From the IMG/VR virus record IMGVR_UViG_3300044977_000034, positions 1-64,000 of that record: a DNA stretch of 64,000 nt; one strand, 5' to 3'. Below, one piece after another: positions 1-9,826 of this stretch. This DNA is from a virus. The position numbers were made by a program, and so were the translations under genes. Within the stretch, counting starts at the first letter, position 1; each line of letters begins with the position of its first letter. The notes below the pieces were generated by a model, which was not told the origin of the DNA, made no database searches, and saw only the letters and a program-made list of their open reading frames with translations.

Positions 1-646
1 CCCGGTTGGTGAACGAGCCGAGGAGGTTCTCGAACTGAACCGGAGGCCCTGGCGGTCCCTGCGCGCCGGTCGGGCCGGTGTTCCCCTGCATACCCTGCGG
101 CCCCATCGGGCCGACCTCGCCCTGCATGCCCTCCGGGCCAGTCGGGCCTGTCGGTCCAGGCTCCCCCTGGAGAGTGGCAGCGTCGACCCAAGCCGGATCG
201 CGGATCGCGCCACCGGAAGCGAGCAGCTGTCCGGGGAGACCATGGTTCAGCCATGAGGGCGGGGCGTTGGTTTCGCCAACGAGGATCTGCCCGGTCGCTC
301 CAGGCGGCACGTCGGCGATCGGATTGCCGCCAACCTGAAGCGCGTTGGGCGTGGCGTATCCCCGGCCGGTGCCGCCCGCGCTGACCGGCAGCGGAATCGG
401 CTGCGCGCCGAAGGTAGAGACCTGGGGAAGCGGGAGCCGGACCGTGATCCCGCCCTGAAGCACCGGCAGCCATTCGGCGCCGCTCGGCGGGTTGCCCTGC
501 GGCAGCTGCGAGATCGGGGTGTAGCTCTGCGGCGCTTGGCCCGGTTGCCATTGGGCAGGCCCCGGTATGCCCGGAATCGGCGCCGAGGGCTGCGTCGGGT
601 CCGGCGGCATGATCGGGGCGATCGGGAACGGAACGCGCTTGTTCAT
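1..646 (-). CDS. Collagen-like repeat tail fibre/virion protein (runs off the window edge)
   Basis: ATG at 646 ([11 protein letters not shown]...); G-X-Y repeats such as [21 protein letters not shown]; no stop before the edge. Confidence 0.65.
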   Translation of the reverse strand, partial: MNKRVPFPIAPIMPPDPTQPSAPIPGIPGPAQWQPGQAPQSYTPISQLPQGNPPSGAEWLPVLQGGITVRLPLPQVSTFGAQPIPLPVSAGGTGRGYATPNALQVGGNPIADVPPGATGQILVGETNAPPSWLNHGLPGQLLASGGAIRDPAWVDAATLQGEPGPTGPTGPEGMQGEVGPMGPQGMQGNTGPTGAQGPPGPPVQFENLLGSFTNR

Positions 647-651
647 GTGGC

Positions 652-1032
652 TCACTCGATCGTTAGCGGGCCTCCCGGCTCCGGCTCGGTATAGATCGGC
701 CGGAACGGCGGCGGAGGCCGCTGTTCGGTCGTGATCGGATTGCCCGAGAGCGGCGTCGGGTCGAAGCGCGAGGCGATGAAATTCTCGGGGCGCGGATCGT
801 ACACCGGCACCGGATCAGGCGGCGCGAGGCGCGCGCGCATTTGGGGGTTCGCGATGTCTTTGCAGAGGAGGCAGACGCGCTTGCGTGTATTGATGAGCTT
901 GGTGCCCTGCCACTCGTATTGGTACGTGAGCTTATGTAAATTATACCAGAGCGAGCACCGATCGCAGACGCCGAACGCGCGCGGCGCATGCGGGTTGGTG
1001 ACGGCTCGGCCGGAGCGACTCGCGTAGCCCAT
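652..1032 (-). CDS. Conserved phage protein with two CxxC motifs
   Basis: CDRC...CLLC; lies in the structural operon. Confidence 0.7.
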   Translation of the reverse strand: MGYASRSGRAVTNPHAPRAFGVCDRCSLWYNLHKLTYQYEWQGTKLINTRKRVCLLCKDIANPQMRARLAPPDPVPVYDPRPENFIASRFDPTPLSGNPITTEQRPPPPFRPIYTEPEPGGPLTIE

Positions 1033-1041
1033 GAGCGCACC

Positions 1042-1749
1042 TCAGTCGTAGTAGCTCTGCACCATCGGCAGGAGATAGATCGAGCCGTCTTCTGTGTCCT
1101 GCGTCGCTGCGTAATCGTAGGCCTGTTTCGCCTGCGCCGCGCGCGTCACTTCAAGATCCTGCGCGTAGTGCACCGCGAGACGCGCGGCCATGCCCGCGCA
1201 AGCCGCATCGAGCCAGCGATAGGGAACGTCGAACTGCATCGCGCCGCGTATGACCGCATCGAACTGCTGGTCGAAGCTCCAGACGTGGAGGTGATAGGGC
1301 TGATTCGGCCATGGCCAGAGCGTGATCGATGGCGAGATCTGACGATCGAACCAGAACGACGTCGGGCGTCCCTGCGTGTACTTGTTCGGTTGCATCGAAT
1401 ATTCCTGCCGCGTCATCGGCGTGATGGTCAGCTCCTGCTCGTTCGGCGGGTCTCCGGTGCCGATGGTGACGTTGAGCACCATGATCGTGGTCGAGGGGAT
1501 TGGATAGGTCGCAGCGCTGGCATCAATGGGGATGATCTGTTCGCTGACCTTCCACAGATTTGGCCCCCGATTCGACCACTCGACTTGCATCAGGTTGGCT
1601 TCCATCCAGGCTTGATGGAGATGCTCGGCGAGGACCATCGGGCCGCGCAGCCGGATGCGCGAAAGCGCATTGAGCGTGACCTCGCCGAGCGACGGGAAGA
1701 AGCCGAAGGTGCCGCTCGTATTGCTGGGCTGGACGATGCCGTTGCTCAT
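1042..1749 (-). CDS. Putative head-tail adaptor/tail tube A-like protein
   Basis: EWSNRGPNLW, GRPTSFWFDRQ...LWPWP; position downstream of the capsid genes. Confidence 0.6.
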   Translation of the reverse strand: MSNGIVQPSNTSGTFGFFPSLGEVTLNALSRIRLRGPMVLAEHLHQAWMEANLMQVEWSNRGPNLWKVSEQIIPIDASAATYPIPSTTIMVLNVTIGTGDPPNEQELTITPMTRQEYSMQPNKYTQGRPTSFWFDRQISPSITLWPWPNQPYHLHVWSFDQQFDAVIRGAMQFDVPYRWLDAACAGMAARLAVHYAQDLEVTRAAQAKQAYDYAATQDTEDGSIYLLPMVQSYYD

Positions 1750-1846
1750 CGATATCGAGGCCTCGCGATCCGCGCGTAGAGACGCCGGTCAAGGACGTAG
1801 AGCATCACTGCGGTGACGCGGACGCCCCGATATTTGCTTCGCGGCA

Positions 1847-2266
1847 TCATTTCATCGCGCCATAGTTCGAGCCCTCGCGCGTCGCGGATGCGATGAGAGG
1901 CGGCGCAAACGGCCCCTGCGTGATGTTCGAGTGGCTGTGCTCGCCCACCTGAAGGAAGGTCGCGCGAACGGCCCCGACGCCGTTCGTCAGGTTGAGCCGG
2001 AAATACAGCGGGGCCGCCATCACCTGAAAGCTGACGCTGGCGTTCCCGGCCTTGACGTCGTCCGGTAGCAGCGAATCATCCCAGGTCATGTTGGCGAAGG
2101 GGACAGGGCTCACGAGATCGCAAGGGTCATCAAAACTGTGTTCGAGCGCGAAAGCACCGCCGCCCGAGGCGACGACCGCCCCGCCGAGGACCGCCGTCGC
2201 GTAGTTGTCGAGGCGGACCAGCGCCTGGGGCGCGGCCGGGGTCACACTGGCGGTGATGGCACGCAT
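1847..2266 (-). CDS. Virion protein, paralogue of 2673-3017
   Basis: Shares VRLD, HSFDDP.DL..PVP and F.+..APL motifs with 2673-3017. Confidence 0.65.
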   Translation of the reverse strand: MRAITASVTPAAPQALVRLDNYATAVLGGAVVASGGGAFALEHSFDDPCDLVSPVPFANMTWDDSLLPDDVKAGNASVSFQVMAAPLYFRLNLTNGVGAVRATFLQVGEHSHSNITQGPFAPPLIASATREGSNYGAMK

Positions 2267-2347
2267 GGGCTATGCTCCACGGCGAGCTGGACAGGCGTTT
2301 GCCGCGCCCGCCCAGCTCTGACCAAGACGCGACTGGAGAGCGCGCGC

Positions 2348-2701
2348 ATGGCTACCCGCGACCTTATCCCGATTCCGTTTCTGCGCGAGTGCTTGAGCTA
2401 CGATGCCGAGAGCGGCGTCCTGCGCTGGCGCGAGAGGCCGCGCTCGCATTTCCTCCACGAGGAGGCGCGGTTGCAATGGAACATGCACTGGGCTCACACC
2501 GAAGCTGGGAAAGTCGATAAGCGAGGTTACCGGCACATCCACATCAACCATCATGGGATGCAACGACGAGTCTACGCTCATCGCGCCGCATGGGCGCTTG
2601 AAACAGGCGAATATCCTCCTCATCCAGTTGCCCATGACGACCTGAACCGCGACAACAATCGCTTCAGAAACCTTATCCCTCGACAACATTGTATTGTGTA
2701 A
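2348..2701 (+). CDS. HNH endonuclease, free-standing, antisense to the late operon
   Basis: LSYDAESGVLRW, YAHRAAW, VAHDDLNRDNNRFRNL; GGAGAG SD before ATG 2348. Confidence 0.75.
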   Translation: MATRDLIPIPFLRECLSYDAESGVLRWRERPRSHFLHEEARLQWNMHWAHTEAGKVDKRGYRHIHINHHGMQRRVYAHRAAWALETGEYPPHPVAHDDLNRDNNRFRNLIPRQHCIV

Positions 2702-3017
2702 CGACCATCTTCGCTTGGCCCGTGCCCGAGTTGAACAGGAGCCTCATCCAAAGCGGCGCAGTCGCCATCGCGAAAGTGATGCCCGCCGCTGCGCCGATCG
2801 CCCCAGCAGGAACCAGTCCAGAATCCCAAAACATGGACCCCACGGGGACTGGGTTGATCAAATCATTTGGGTCATCGAAGGAATGCTGCACGGTGTAGTT
2901 CGGCGCGCCCGAGAGGATCGAGACTTGAATGCCAACGGGCGCGTCGGCCCACTCGTCGAGCCGGACCATTTTCGACGGGCCAGCAGCTGGGCCAGCGGTC
3001 ACCGTGATCGGGCGCAT
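2673..3017 (-). CDS. Virion protein, paralogue of 1847-2266
   Basis: AGGAGAGGTG SD; paralogy with 1847-2266. Confidence 0.7.
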   Translation of the reverse strand: MRPITVTAGPAAGPSKMVRLDEWADAPVGIQVSILSGAPNYTVQHSFDDPNDLINPVPVGSMFWDSGLVPAGAIGAAAGITFAMATAPLWMRLLFNSGTGQAKMVVTQYNVVEG

Positions 3018-3028
3018 TCACCTCTCCT

Positions 3029-3057
3029 AAAAAAGAAGCCGCCTGAGAAGGCGGCTA
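3029..3057 (-). terminator. Intrinsic terminator
   Basis: AGCCGCC/GGCGGCT hairpin followed by a T-tract on the minus strand. Confidence 0.55.
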
Positions 3058-3133
3058 TCGGAGAAAGACGCCCCATGAAAGGCTGGGCATAGCCGGTTCG
3101 ACAAAAGGAAGTCGCTTCGGGCGTCTCTCCGAA

Positions 3134-3523
3134 TTACGGGATCTTCTCGGATTCGGCCATGATCTTTCGCCCTTTCGGGCCAGACCCGGCGTCATGGGTT
3201 TTCGGGTGGAGATCAGCGCCGACGCCGCCGCCGCGCTTGCGCCCAGCTCGCCCCATCGAAGGGGCCTTGCCGCCGCCGCTGATCGTCCCGCCGAGGGCCT
3301 TCTTGACCCGGCCACCTTTGAGCCGAGCCACGATGCCGCCGTCCGCACGGTCGACGACGGCGCCGCCTTCCGCCTTGAAGATCGGGCCGGAGCCGCGCGA
3401 GAGGGAGCCGTCCGGTTCATTCTTCGGGTGGGCGCCTCGCGCCTCGCGCTCGACGTTCTTTCTGGCTTGCTTCTTGAGGGCGCCGCCGCTGGCCCTGCAT
3501 TCGCGATCGCTCTCGCCTCGCAT
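3134..3523 (-). CDS. Small basic Gly/Lys/Arg-rich protein with xAxGG repeats
   Basis: AAGGAGA SD; RASGG, KAEGG, RADGG, KALGG. Confidence 0.7.
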   Translation of the reverse strand: MRGESDRECRASGGALKKQARKNVEREARGAHPKNEPDGSLSRGSGPIFKAEGGAVVDRADGGIVARLKGGRVKKALGGTISGGGKAPSMGRAGRKRGGGVGADLHPKTHDAGSGPKGRKIMAESEKIP

Positions 3524-3535
3524 GGGCTGATCTCC

Positions 3536-4747
3536 TTAAACCGGCGGGACGCCGAACAGCGTCTCCGCGTTGCTCTGACTTGCGCTGGCGCTCAGCACTT
3601 GCATGACAGTGAGCGTCTGCTGAATGACGAAGCGGCTGGTGCCGTCTCCCCCGGTGCCGGGGGTGCCGCCCGTGACGGGGCCAGCGGCCGACACTTGGAG
3701 CGCGCCTCGCGGGTCCATGGTGGAGGTCGTCGCCGGGTAGGTCAAATCGGCGTACTGCGTGAGGGCATCGGGGGCGTAGCCAACCCCGGCGAGAGTGATT
3801 GTCGGGATCGGCTGGTTCGGCAGGAGGCAGACCGGCATGCCGATCAGATCGGACGTGATGACGGTCACGTTCTGACCAGCGGTGTACTGCGGGATCGCGG
3901 CCAGGAAAATCTTGTACGTCTTGCGGCCATAGGTGGTAGCCGCGCCCGCTGGCGTGGCGATTATCTCGCTCTGCGGGCGCATGTAGATGTCGAGGCCTTG
4001 GATCAGGACATTGCCCGCTGGGCTGCCTCCGAGGCTGACCACGCCGACGCCGCGCGCGCAGCTGCTGTCTGGCGCAAGGAAGCGTCCAGCGCCGCCATTC
4101 ATGAACGGCGAATAGAACGAGGGAAGATTGCCGTGCTGCGTGAAGGCGTAGGAGCTTGGGTCGCCGCCATAGCAGCCGATCGCGGCGGCGGCTTGGGTGA
4201 CGACGGCGGGAGGCGAGATCGTGATCGTGCCGACCGGATTGATCGCCGTCACCTTGGCGAACAGCATCGAGCCGCCCGCTCCGGCCCCGGCGACCGAGAC
4301 GAACTGCCCAACCGCGAAGCGCCATGTGTCGTTGGCAAGGGCGAGAGTGACCGTGCCGCTGTTGCTGACGGTCGCGCCCATAGAGTAGCCGGTCTCGATG
4401 CCGACGCCGCGCGCGCCGGTAGGACCGGGCGTTCCCGGCGCGATACCGGGCGCATAGACCGTGGCGAGCGGGAGGGGCACGCCAGACTGGGCTGGGGCGG
4501 CAACGGTCAGCGCGAGTCCGGCGGGCTGGATAGCCTGATTCAGCGCTTGGACGATGGTGGACAGGTAGAGGGCGGGCATCGAGCCCATGCCCTTCTTGTC
4601 CTTGGAGCCAGTCCCCGGAGCGGGCAGGCCGATTCCCTGCCAGAAGATCGACGGGCCGATCTCGACCGAATATTCGGCGGGCGACGGCCTGCCGCCAGCG
4701 AGGCCGCCGAGGGCGATGATGGGGCCGACTGAAACTGACTGCGCCAT
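3536..4747 (-). CDS. Virion structural protein
   Basis: Directly follows the capsid gene; Gly/Ala/Thr-rich; good SD. Confidence 0.7.
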   Translation of the reverse strand: MAQSVSVGPIIALGGLAGGRPSPAEYSVEIGPSIFWQGIGLPAPGTGSKDKKGMGSMPALYLSTIVQALNQAIQPAGLALTVAAPAQSGVPLPLATVYAPGIAPGTPGPTGARGVGIETGYSMGATVSNSGTVTLALANDTWRFAVGQFVSVAGAGAGGSMLFAKVTAINPVGTITISPPAVVTQAAAAIGCYGGDPSSYAFTQHGNLPSFYSPFMNGGAGRFLAPDSSCARGVGVVSLGGSPAGNVLIQGLDIYMRPQSEIIATPAGAATTYGRKTYKIFLAAIPQYTAGQNVTVITSDLIGMPVCLLPNQPIPTITLAGVGYAPDALTQYADLTYPATTSTMDPRGALQVSAAGPVTGGTPGTGGDGTSRFVIQQTLTVMQVLSASASQSNAETLFGVPPV

Positions 4748-4754
4748 CTCTCCC

Positions 4755-5669
4755 TCACTGGGTCGGGAACGAGCCCCAGATGGAGCGGAAGTCGAAGTAG
4801 CCGAAGCTGTAGCGCTCGTAGCCCTTCACGAGGAGGTTGTCCGACGTGAAGTCCACTTGCATGTCGAGTTCAAAGCTGACGCGCTGGAGGTAGAGCAAGC
4901 CCTCCTGATCGGTCATGATGAACCACGCCGTCGGCGACGTCAGATAGTCGTGGACGACATGCCCATCGGGGATGCCGCCGGACGTCTCCGGAATTGCGTT
5001 GATGTCGTTGTCGTTCGTTCCGGGCCGCAGAACGGTCCGGAGGAGCCGGATGGCGATCGGTTCGAGCGCGATCGGCACGACGAGCTTGCGGGCGCGGGCC
5101 TGCATGCGGAGGCCAGCATTGTCGCGGAACGAGCCGCGAATCGAGGCCTGCGCGTTCAGCAGCGAGGCCTCGTTCAAGTCCATATCGACGGCGAATCTAT
5201 TCGGGACGACGCCAGTATCGATCGGATGGTTGAGCGAGCAGAGCGGCTGCTGATCCCCCAGGATGGTGGGATCGTAAACGGTCGCGGTATTGAGGGGATA
5301 GGCGCCGTAGATTTCCTTGGTCTGATTGAACGACTTTTGCAGCCCGAGATTCGATGGCTGCCACTGCCTCTTGTAGAGGTTGTCGTCGATCATTTTCCGG
5401 GTGAAGGCGTACCCGAGGCCAATTTCCTTGTGGTACTGGTTATAGACGTAGCGCTCGCCAGCTTGGTTGTCGAACGTCGTCGGGCCGCCCTCGTTCTTCA
5501 GGGCGGCGAGGCCGAGGTAGCGCATCGAGGCGGTGCGCTCGACCGACATGTAGGATTTGTCGACCTTGTAGATCTTGGGATAGATCCGGTCGAGATCCTT
5601 GTACTGTCCAGCAACCTTGCGGAGGCCTGGAAAGAGAAGGTCGTAAGCCTGGGCGACTGAGACGGCCAT
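4755..5669 (-). CDS. Major capsid protein (GpT-like HK97 fold)
   Basis: LLFPGL, KNEGG...D, LGYAFTRKMIDDNLY, YLTSPTAWF, ERYSFG.FDFR. Confidence 0.85.
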   Translation of the reverse strand: MAVSVAQAYDLLFPGLRKVAGQYKDLDRIYPKIYKVDKSYMSVERTASMRYLGLAALKNEGGPTTFDNQAGERYVYNQYHKEIGLGYAFTRKMIDDNLYKRQWQPSNLGLQKSFNQTKEIYGAYPLNTATVYDPTILGDQQPLCSLNHPIDTGVVPNRFAVDMDLNEASLLNAQASIRGSFRDNAGLRMQARARKLVVPIALEPIAIRLLRTVLRPGTNDNDINAIPETSGGIPDGHVVHDYLTSPTAWFIMTDQEGLLYLQRVSFELDMQVDFTSDNLLVKGYERYSFGYFDFRSIWGSFPTQ

Positions 5670-5681
5670 TTCAATCCCTCC

Positions 5682-6278
5682 TCAGATGCCCGTTAACTGC
5701 TTGAAATCTTGGTTGTTGAACGTGACGTAGGCCCAGTTGAACGGGCTCGTGACGTCGCTGCCTGGGCTTCCCGGCGGATCGGTGATCAGGTCGACGATGC
5801 GCCAGGGGAAGGCCGCGCTGATCGCTGGCGGAGTGACGGAGACGTCGAGCGTCGCGCCCGACTTGCCGGTCACCGTATTGCCTGCGCCGAGCGCAAACGC
5901 GGCGTTCAGGCCGATCATCGCCATGGTGATCTGGCCATTGCCCTGGACCCTGAAGACGGTCAGCGGGTCGTCGATGATTTTCGCGTGGACGTCGAAGCCG
6001 GTGCCGGAGAGGACCGCGTCGTTACCGGGCCACCACGGGCTGGCGACCCACTTCTTCTGCGCGATCGACATGTATTCGCATCCGCAAAAGATGCCGCTGA
6101 TTTGGGTGTTAAAGGCCACCGGCAGCGCGATGTAGCCGGTCGACATCTGGACGATGGGATCGCCCGTGAAGATGGGGGTGGGATTGGTGGCGCTGATCCA
6201 GCGCCGCGACATCTGATAATTGACGGCGGCGCCGAGGCGGTGTGAGTCAGCGAAGCCGAAAGGCGCATTTGGGTTCAT
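5682..6278 (-). CDS. Capsid-associated/decoration protein
   Basis: N.NAPFG, IFTGDP, G+F.GCEY, DDP..VF.VQ; between scaffold and capsid genes. Confidence 0.65.
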   Translation of the reverse strand: MNPNAPFGFADSHRLGAAVNYQMSRRWISATNPTPIFTGDPIVQMSTGYIALPVAFNTQISGIFCGCEYMSIAQKKWVASPWWPGNDAVLSGTGFDVHAKIIDDPLTVFRVQGNGQITMAMIGLNAAFALGAGNTVTGKSGATLDVSVTPPAISAAFPWRIVDLITDPPGSPGSDVTSPFNWAYVTFNNQDFKQLTGI

Positions 6279-6392
6279 GGCGGGACGATCCCTTCCGCGA
6301 GAGCGGGATTACAGGGTTCGTCTCACCGAGCGCCGGACGAGACATTCAGATTTCAAGCGAGAGCACGAGCGCCGCACTCTCACCTAACCGCG

Positions 6393-6959
6393 TTAGTCGG
6401 GAACGCCTATGGGACCCACGGTCGAGCCCACCCGAGGTGCGGTTTTACGATGCTGATCGCGGGGCGCCGTACCGGCAGGCGCCTCGACTAATTTCGCTTC
6501 GCTGTTCCGCACCTGATCGGTGGCTTTGAGTTTCTCGCGCAATCTTCGCCGATCTGTCAACTCCTTCGGTCTCTCCATCAACATGAGACCGTCGATAATA
6601 ATCGTCTCATCAACATATTCTGGATACAACAATTCTCGATGTCGGTTCGCCGGAACGGGCGCCCAGCCGGTGCGCAGGAGCTGCGTCGAATAGTGCGGGA
6701 ACTGCTTGCCGAAAACCGTGTGCGTCTTCCATTCATAAGTCCAACCGGGGGGTGACTCGGCATAAAACCTGTCTAGCGCGATATCGCTATCCTCGTCGTC
6801 CATGTCGCCGTATTGGGCTCGCAGCTCGCTGATCCTGCGCCGCGCCCGCTCCTGATGGTCGATGTAGCCAGGACGGTTCTCGTCCGCGTCGAGGTCGCGA
6901 TAGCCAGGGCGCCCGTTGCGGGCTCCCATGAAGCCTTCGTCGCCTTGGAAATCAGTCAT
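6393..6959 (-). CDS. Conserved phage protein of the head module
   Basis: PPGWTYEWK, GW.PVPA, DGLMLMERP. Confidence 0.7.
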   Translation of the reverse strand: MTDFQGDEGFMGARNGRPGYRDLDADENRPGYIDHQERARRRISELRAQYGDMDDEDSDIALDRFYAESPPGWTYEWKTHTVFGKQFPHYSTQLLRTGWAPVPANRHRELLYPEYVDETIIIDGLMLMERPKELTDRRRLREKLKATDQVRNSEAKLVEAPAGTAPRDQHRKTAPRVGSTVGPIGVPD

Positions 6960-8017
6960 GATCTGGCTCCCAACATCTTGCCGCGCCCTTGCGCGTCGAG
7001 CAGCTCGGCCGCGTATTCCTCATCGGTCATGCCCAGGACGTCTCGGGCATGCTCACGCTGGCGGGCCGTGAGCGCGACTTGCGTGCCGCGCGTCCGGCCG
7101 GTGCGCAGGCTCGGCGCTTCGGCGCGCGCTGGCGCTCCAGCCATGCTGCGGACCGTGTTCTGGCCTATCTGACGCTGGCCTTGGCGCGTCTGCGATGACA
7201 TCTGGCGATCTTCTCCGACGCCCAACAATTCCTCGATCTTGTCGAAGTAGGCGTCCGTTTCGGGGATCAGTTTCAACGTGTTGACGGCAAAGCCGTGCGC
7301 GCCGTCGACCGCGTTGATCGCCGTTTGATCTTTGACCATTTCGGGGTGGCTTCTGATCCACGCGGCGCTCTTCGGGAAGCCCGTTCGGTCGAGATGGGTG
7401 GAGAGGTTGTTGACGTTCGCTTGCATCAGCTGGGCGGGGTCCGCGTACTGCTGACGCTGGGGTTGGGGCTGCGGGCGGGGCTGCGGCTGTTGCGTCTGCG
7501 CTTCGGAGGCGACGCCCTCGCGCATCTCCATCAGGCGTAACAAGTTCGCGCGGGCGTCCGAAATAAGAATCTGGGCCTCGGACGCGCCCTTGTGGTCGCC
7601 CCGGTCGAGCGAATGGCGGAAAAACTCCCGCGCTTGATCGGAATCGCGTTTCGCCGCCTCGATCGCCTGATCGATCATCGCGACGTTGGACTGCGCGACG
7701 CCGCGCTCGGCCGCGATACGGGCCTGATGCTCGTTGCGCGCCACTTCGGCGGCGCGATTCGTCATCATTTGCTGGTGCGAGAGCTGGCGCTTCAGCTCGG
7801 TGACGCCCTCGTCCTCCGGAGCGGGCTCCGGCGAGGCGCGCATCGGCGAGTCCACCTCGGCAGGCGTTACCTTTTTGTCGCCCTTGCGGACCGTCTCGCC
7901 GCCGACAACGACAGTTTTCGCCGGTAACCGCTCCTCCGGGGAGAGATCGTCGTCGGGTTCGTCTAGGAGCGCGCCGAAATGCGTTGCCTGTTCGGGGTCG
8001 TCCGTCTCTCTGGCCAT
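6956..8017 (-). CDS. Putative scaffolding protein
   Basis: Coiled coil; C-terminal LT..QRE.A...LGMT.EEYA. Confidence 0.65.
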   Translation of the reverse strand: MARETDDPEQATHFGALLDEPDDDLSPEERLPAKTVVVGGETVRKGDKKVTPAEVDSPMRASPEPAPEDEGVTELKRQLSHQQMMTNRAAEVARNEHQARIAAERGVAQSNVAMIDQAIEAAKRDSDQAREFFRHSLDRGDHKGASEAQILISDARANLLRLMEMREGVASEAQTQQPQPRPQPQPQRQQYADPAQLMQANVNNLSTHLDRTGFPKSAAWIRSHPEMVKDQTAINAVDGAHGFAVNTLKLIPETDAYFDKIEELLGVGEDRQMSSQTRQGQRQIGQNTVRSMAGAPARAEAPSLRTGRTRGTQVALTARQREHARDVLGMTDEEYAAELLDAQGRGKMLGARS

Positions 8018-8018
8018 C

Positions 8019-8426
8019 TCAGAACCATGCGTCCGGGTGATCGATTTTGCCTCTGATGTAGACGTCGGCGATGAAGCGGACCTCGCGGTTGCCGATCATG
8101 CCCTTGAGGCCGTCCGACGCCCGGTAGACAACCCAGTCTCCAGGCGCGACGTCTTGTCCGTAAAACTTGACCGGGCCGTCATCGACGAAAGCGCGCGGCC
8201 CCTTTTTCAAAACCAGCCCCACCTTGCCCTGGTAGCGGTCCTCATCGACCGCCTCCTCGGCGATCTCCAGGCCGCTCGCGGTGCGGGTCGCTGGCCGGAT
8301 ATAGGTCGCGATCAGCACTTGCTGGTTCATCGGCTCGACCTGTTCGAGGTCGCCGCCGAGCGACTGCCAGATGACGTCTTTGGGGTCCTCCAGATGGAGG
8401 GTGACGATTCTATGATGCGCGGGCAA
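8019..8426 (-). CDS. GroES/Cpn10-like co-chaperonin
   Basis: PMNQQVLI, TASGL, G.V+..GP, V.PGDWVVY; probable TTG start at 8426. Confidence 0.8.
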   Translation of the reverse strand: MPAHHRIVTLHLEDPKDVIWQSLGGDLEQVEPMNQQVLIATYIRPATRTASGLEIAEEAVDEDRYQGKVGLVLKKGPRAFVDDGPVKFYGQDVAPGDWVVYRASDGLKGMIGNREVRFIADVYIRGKIDHPDAWF

Positions 8427-8634
8427 AGGGTCCTCTTCCTTGGTCGTCTTCCTCGGCGTTGATCTCGCCGATCCACTTGATGACGTCTTCAAGCGCTGCG
8501 AGGTATCCGGCGCGCTTTTTGTAGTCGGGGTAATCGGTGGCGGCGCCCTGGATTAGGGGGCGCAGCATTTCCTTCTGCTTGGCTTCGATCAGCTCGACGA
8601 GCTTGCGCGCGACGAAGATTGAGGTGGCGTCCAT
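8410..8634 (-). CDS. Hypothetical protein
   Basis: Coupled ORF; DY.DYK...GY..AL. Confidence 0.6.
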   Translation of the reverse strand: MDATSIFVARKLVELIEAKQKEMLRPLIQGAATDYPDYKKRAGYLAALEDVIKWIGEINAEEDDQGRGPFARAS

Positions 8635-8876
8635 TATTCATCCCGCCACGTCGCGGCCTTGACTCCCCACATCTGCGCCGTCTGCGCCTCGGTGATGGCG
8701 ATCGACCACAGCCTTGCCTTCTCGCCCTTGTCGCCGGACGCTCGGGCGTCGTTACAAATGTCGATGATCTCGGCGTACAGCTGCTTGAGCTTCGTCACCG
8801 TCTTGTCGCCGCTGGGATTGAACAGGAGTCCGACCGCCTGCTCGCCGTAGGTATGGGTTTGGGCTCGGTCCGTCAT
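8634..8876 (-). CDS. Acb2/Tad1-like helical hairpin protein (putative nucleotide-signal sponge)
   Basis: FNPSG...V..LK and RLWSIAITEAQTAQMWGVKA. Confidence 0.5.
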   Translation of the reverse strand: MTDRAQTHTYGEQAVGLLFNPSGDKTVTKLKQLYAEIIDICNDARASGDKGEKARLWSIAITEAQTAQMWGVKAATWRDE

Positions 8877-9718
8877 TCCGGCAACATCACCTTTCCGCTG
8901 TTCTCGCGCTTGGTCTTCTCCAGGCGGCCTCGGCCGGAGCCAGAGCCGAACCTCTCGCTGATCCGGCCGCCGCGCGCGCGGGGCATGCCGGGAGGCGGCA
9001 TCGGCGGCCCGCCCGGAGGCATTCCAGGGGGCATCCCTGGCGGCATACCCGGAGGCCCAGCCGCTCCAGGCGCGCCCGGTGCACCCGGCATCCCTGGAGG
9101 CATCGGTCTCGGGCCAGTCGCGGCCTGGGGAGGCGGCGGCGGCGGAGGCGGCTGCATCGGTGGCAGCATGGGATGGGGAGGCGGCTGGTCCTGATTGCCC
9201 TTGCCGCCGCCGACGATGACGTTAACGACGGTCTTCCCTTTGGCGCCCTTGGTCTTGCCGCCGTGCGCGCGGCCGACTCGGCCGCCCTTGGCGCGCCCCA
9301 GACCCGGTAGGCCAGGGATCTGCCCAGTTGGGGGCGGCGTGGTCATGCCTGGGGGCGTTCCGGCGGCTGGGGGCAACGCGCCGCCGAGCTGCTTCCCGAT
9401 CCGGCCGCCCTTGGCGCGGATCAGCGGCCGATCGCCGTAGCCAATCGGGCCTGAATCACTGACTTTGCTGATGTCGCGGGTCTTGCCGCCATTGGCGCGG
9501 GCGATTCGGCCGCCGCCAGCTCGACCGGCGCGACCAAGCGACGGCGCCTTCGCGGCTCCGCCAGCGGCGAACGCGGAAGAATCGCTCGTCCGGGCGGCTT
9601 TCCGCCCATAATCGTCCGCCGAAGCCCCCTTGTCTCCGTTGGAGCCGCCGTTTTTGCCACTGACCTCAAACTTTTTCAGTTTGTCGGTCGTAAAGGCCTT
9701 CGCTGAATGTTCGCCCAT
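8873..9718 (-). CDS. Pro/Gly/Lys-rich low-complexity protein with RAxGG repeats
   Basis: RANGG, RAKGG twice, RAHGG, RARGG; PPGM repeats. Confidence 0.65.
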   Translation of the reverse strand: MGEHSAKAFTTDKLKKFEVSGKNGGSNGDKGASADDYGRKAARTSDSSAFAAGGAAKAPSLGRAGRAGGGRIARANGGKTRDISKVSDSGPIGYGDRPLIRAKGGRIGKQLGGALPPAAGTPPGMTTPPPTGQIPGLPGLGRAKGGRVGRAHGGKTKGAKGKTVVNVIVGGGKGNQDQPPPHPMLPPMQPPPPPPPPQAATGPRPMPPGMPGAPGAPGAAGPPGMPPGMPPGMPPGGPPMPPPGMPRARGGRISERFGSGSGRGRLEKTKRENSGKVMLPE

Positions 9719-9770
9719 GGCGGAACCCTCTCTGGGGTCCAGCCTTTCACGCGCGGATTTATGGCGCCGA

Positions 9771-9813
9771 TTGCAATTGGGCGAAAGGGTTTCTATATTT
9801 GCAGTTCGTGCAA
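9771..9813 (+). promoter_or_regulatory. Sigma70-type promoter with overlapping TTGCA-N5-TGCAA operator
   Basis: TTGCAA-17-TATATT; TTGCAGTTCGTGCAA at 9799-9813. Confidence 0.7.
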
Positions 9814-9826
9814 ATAGGAGGCCGGG

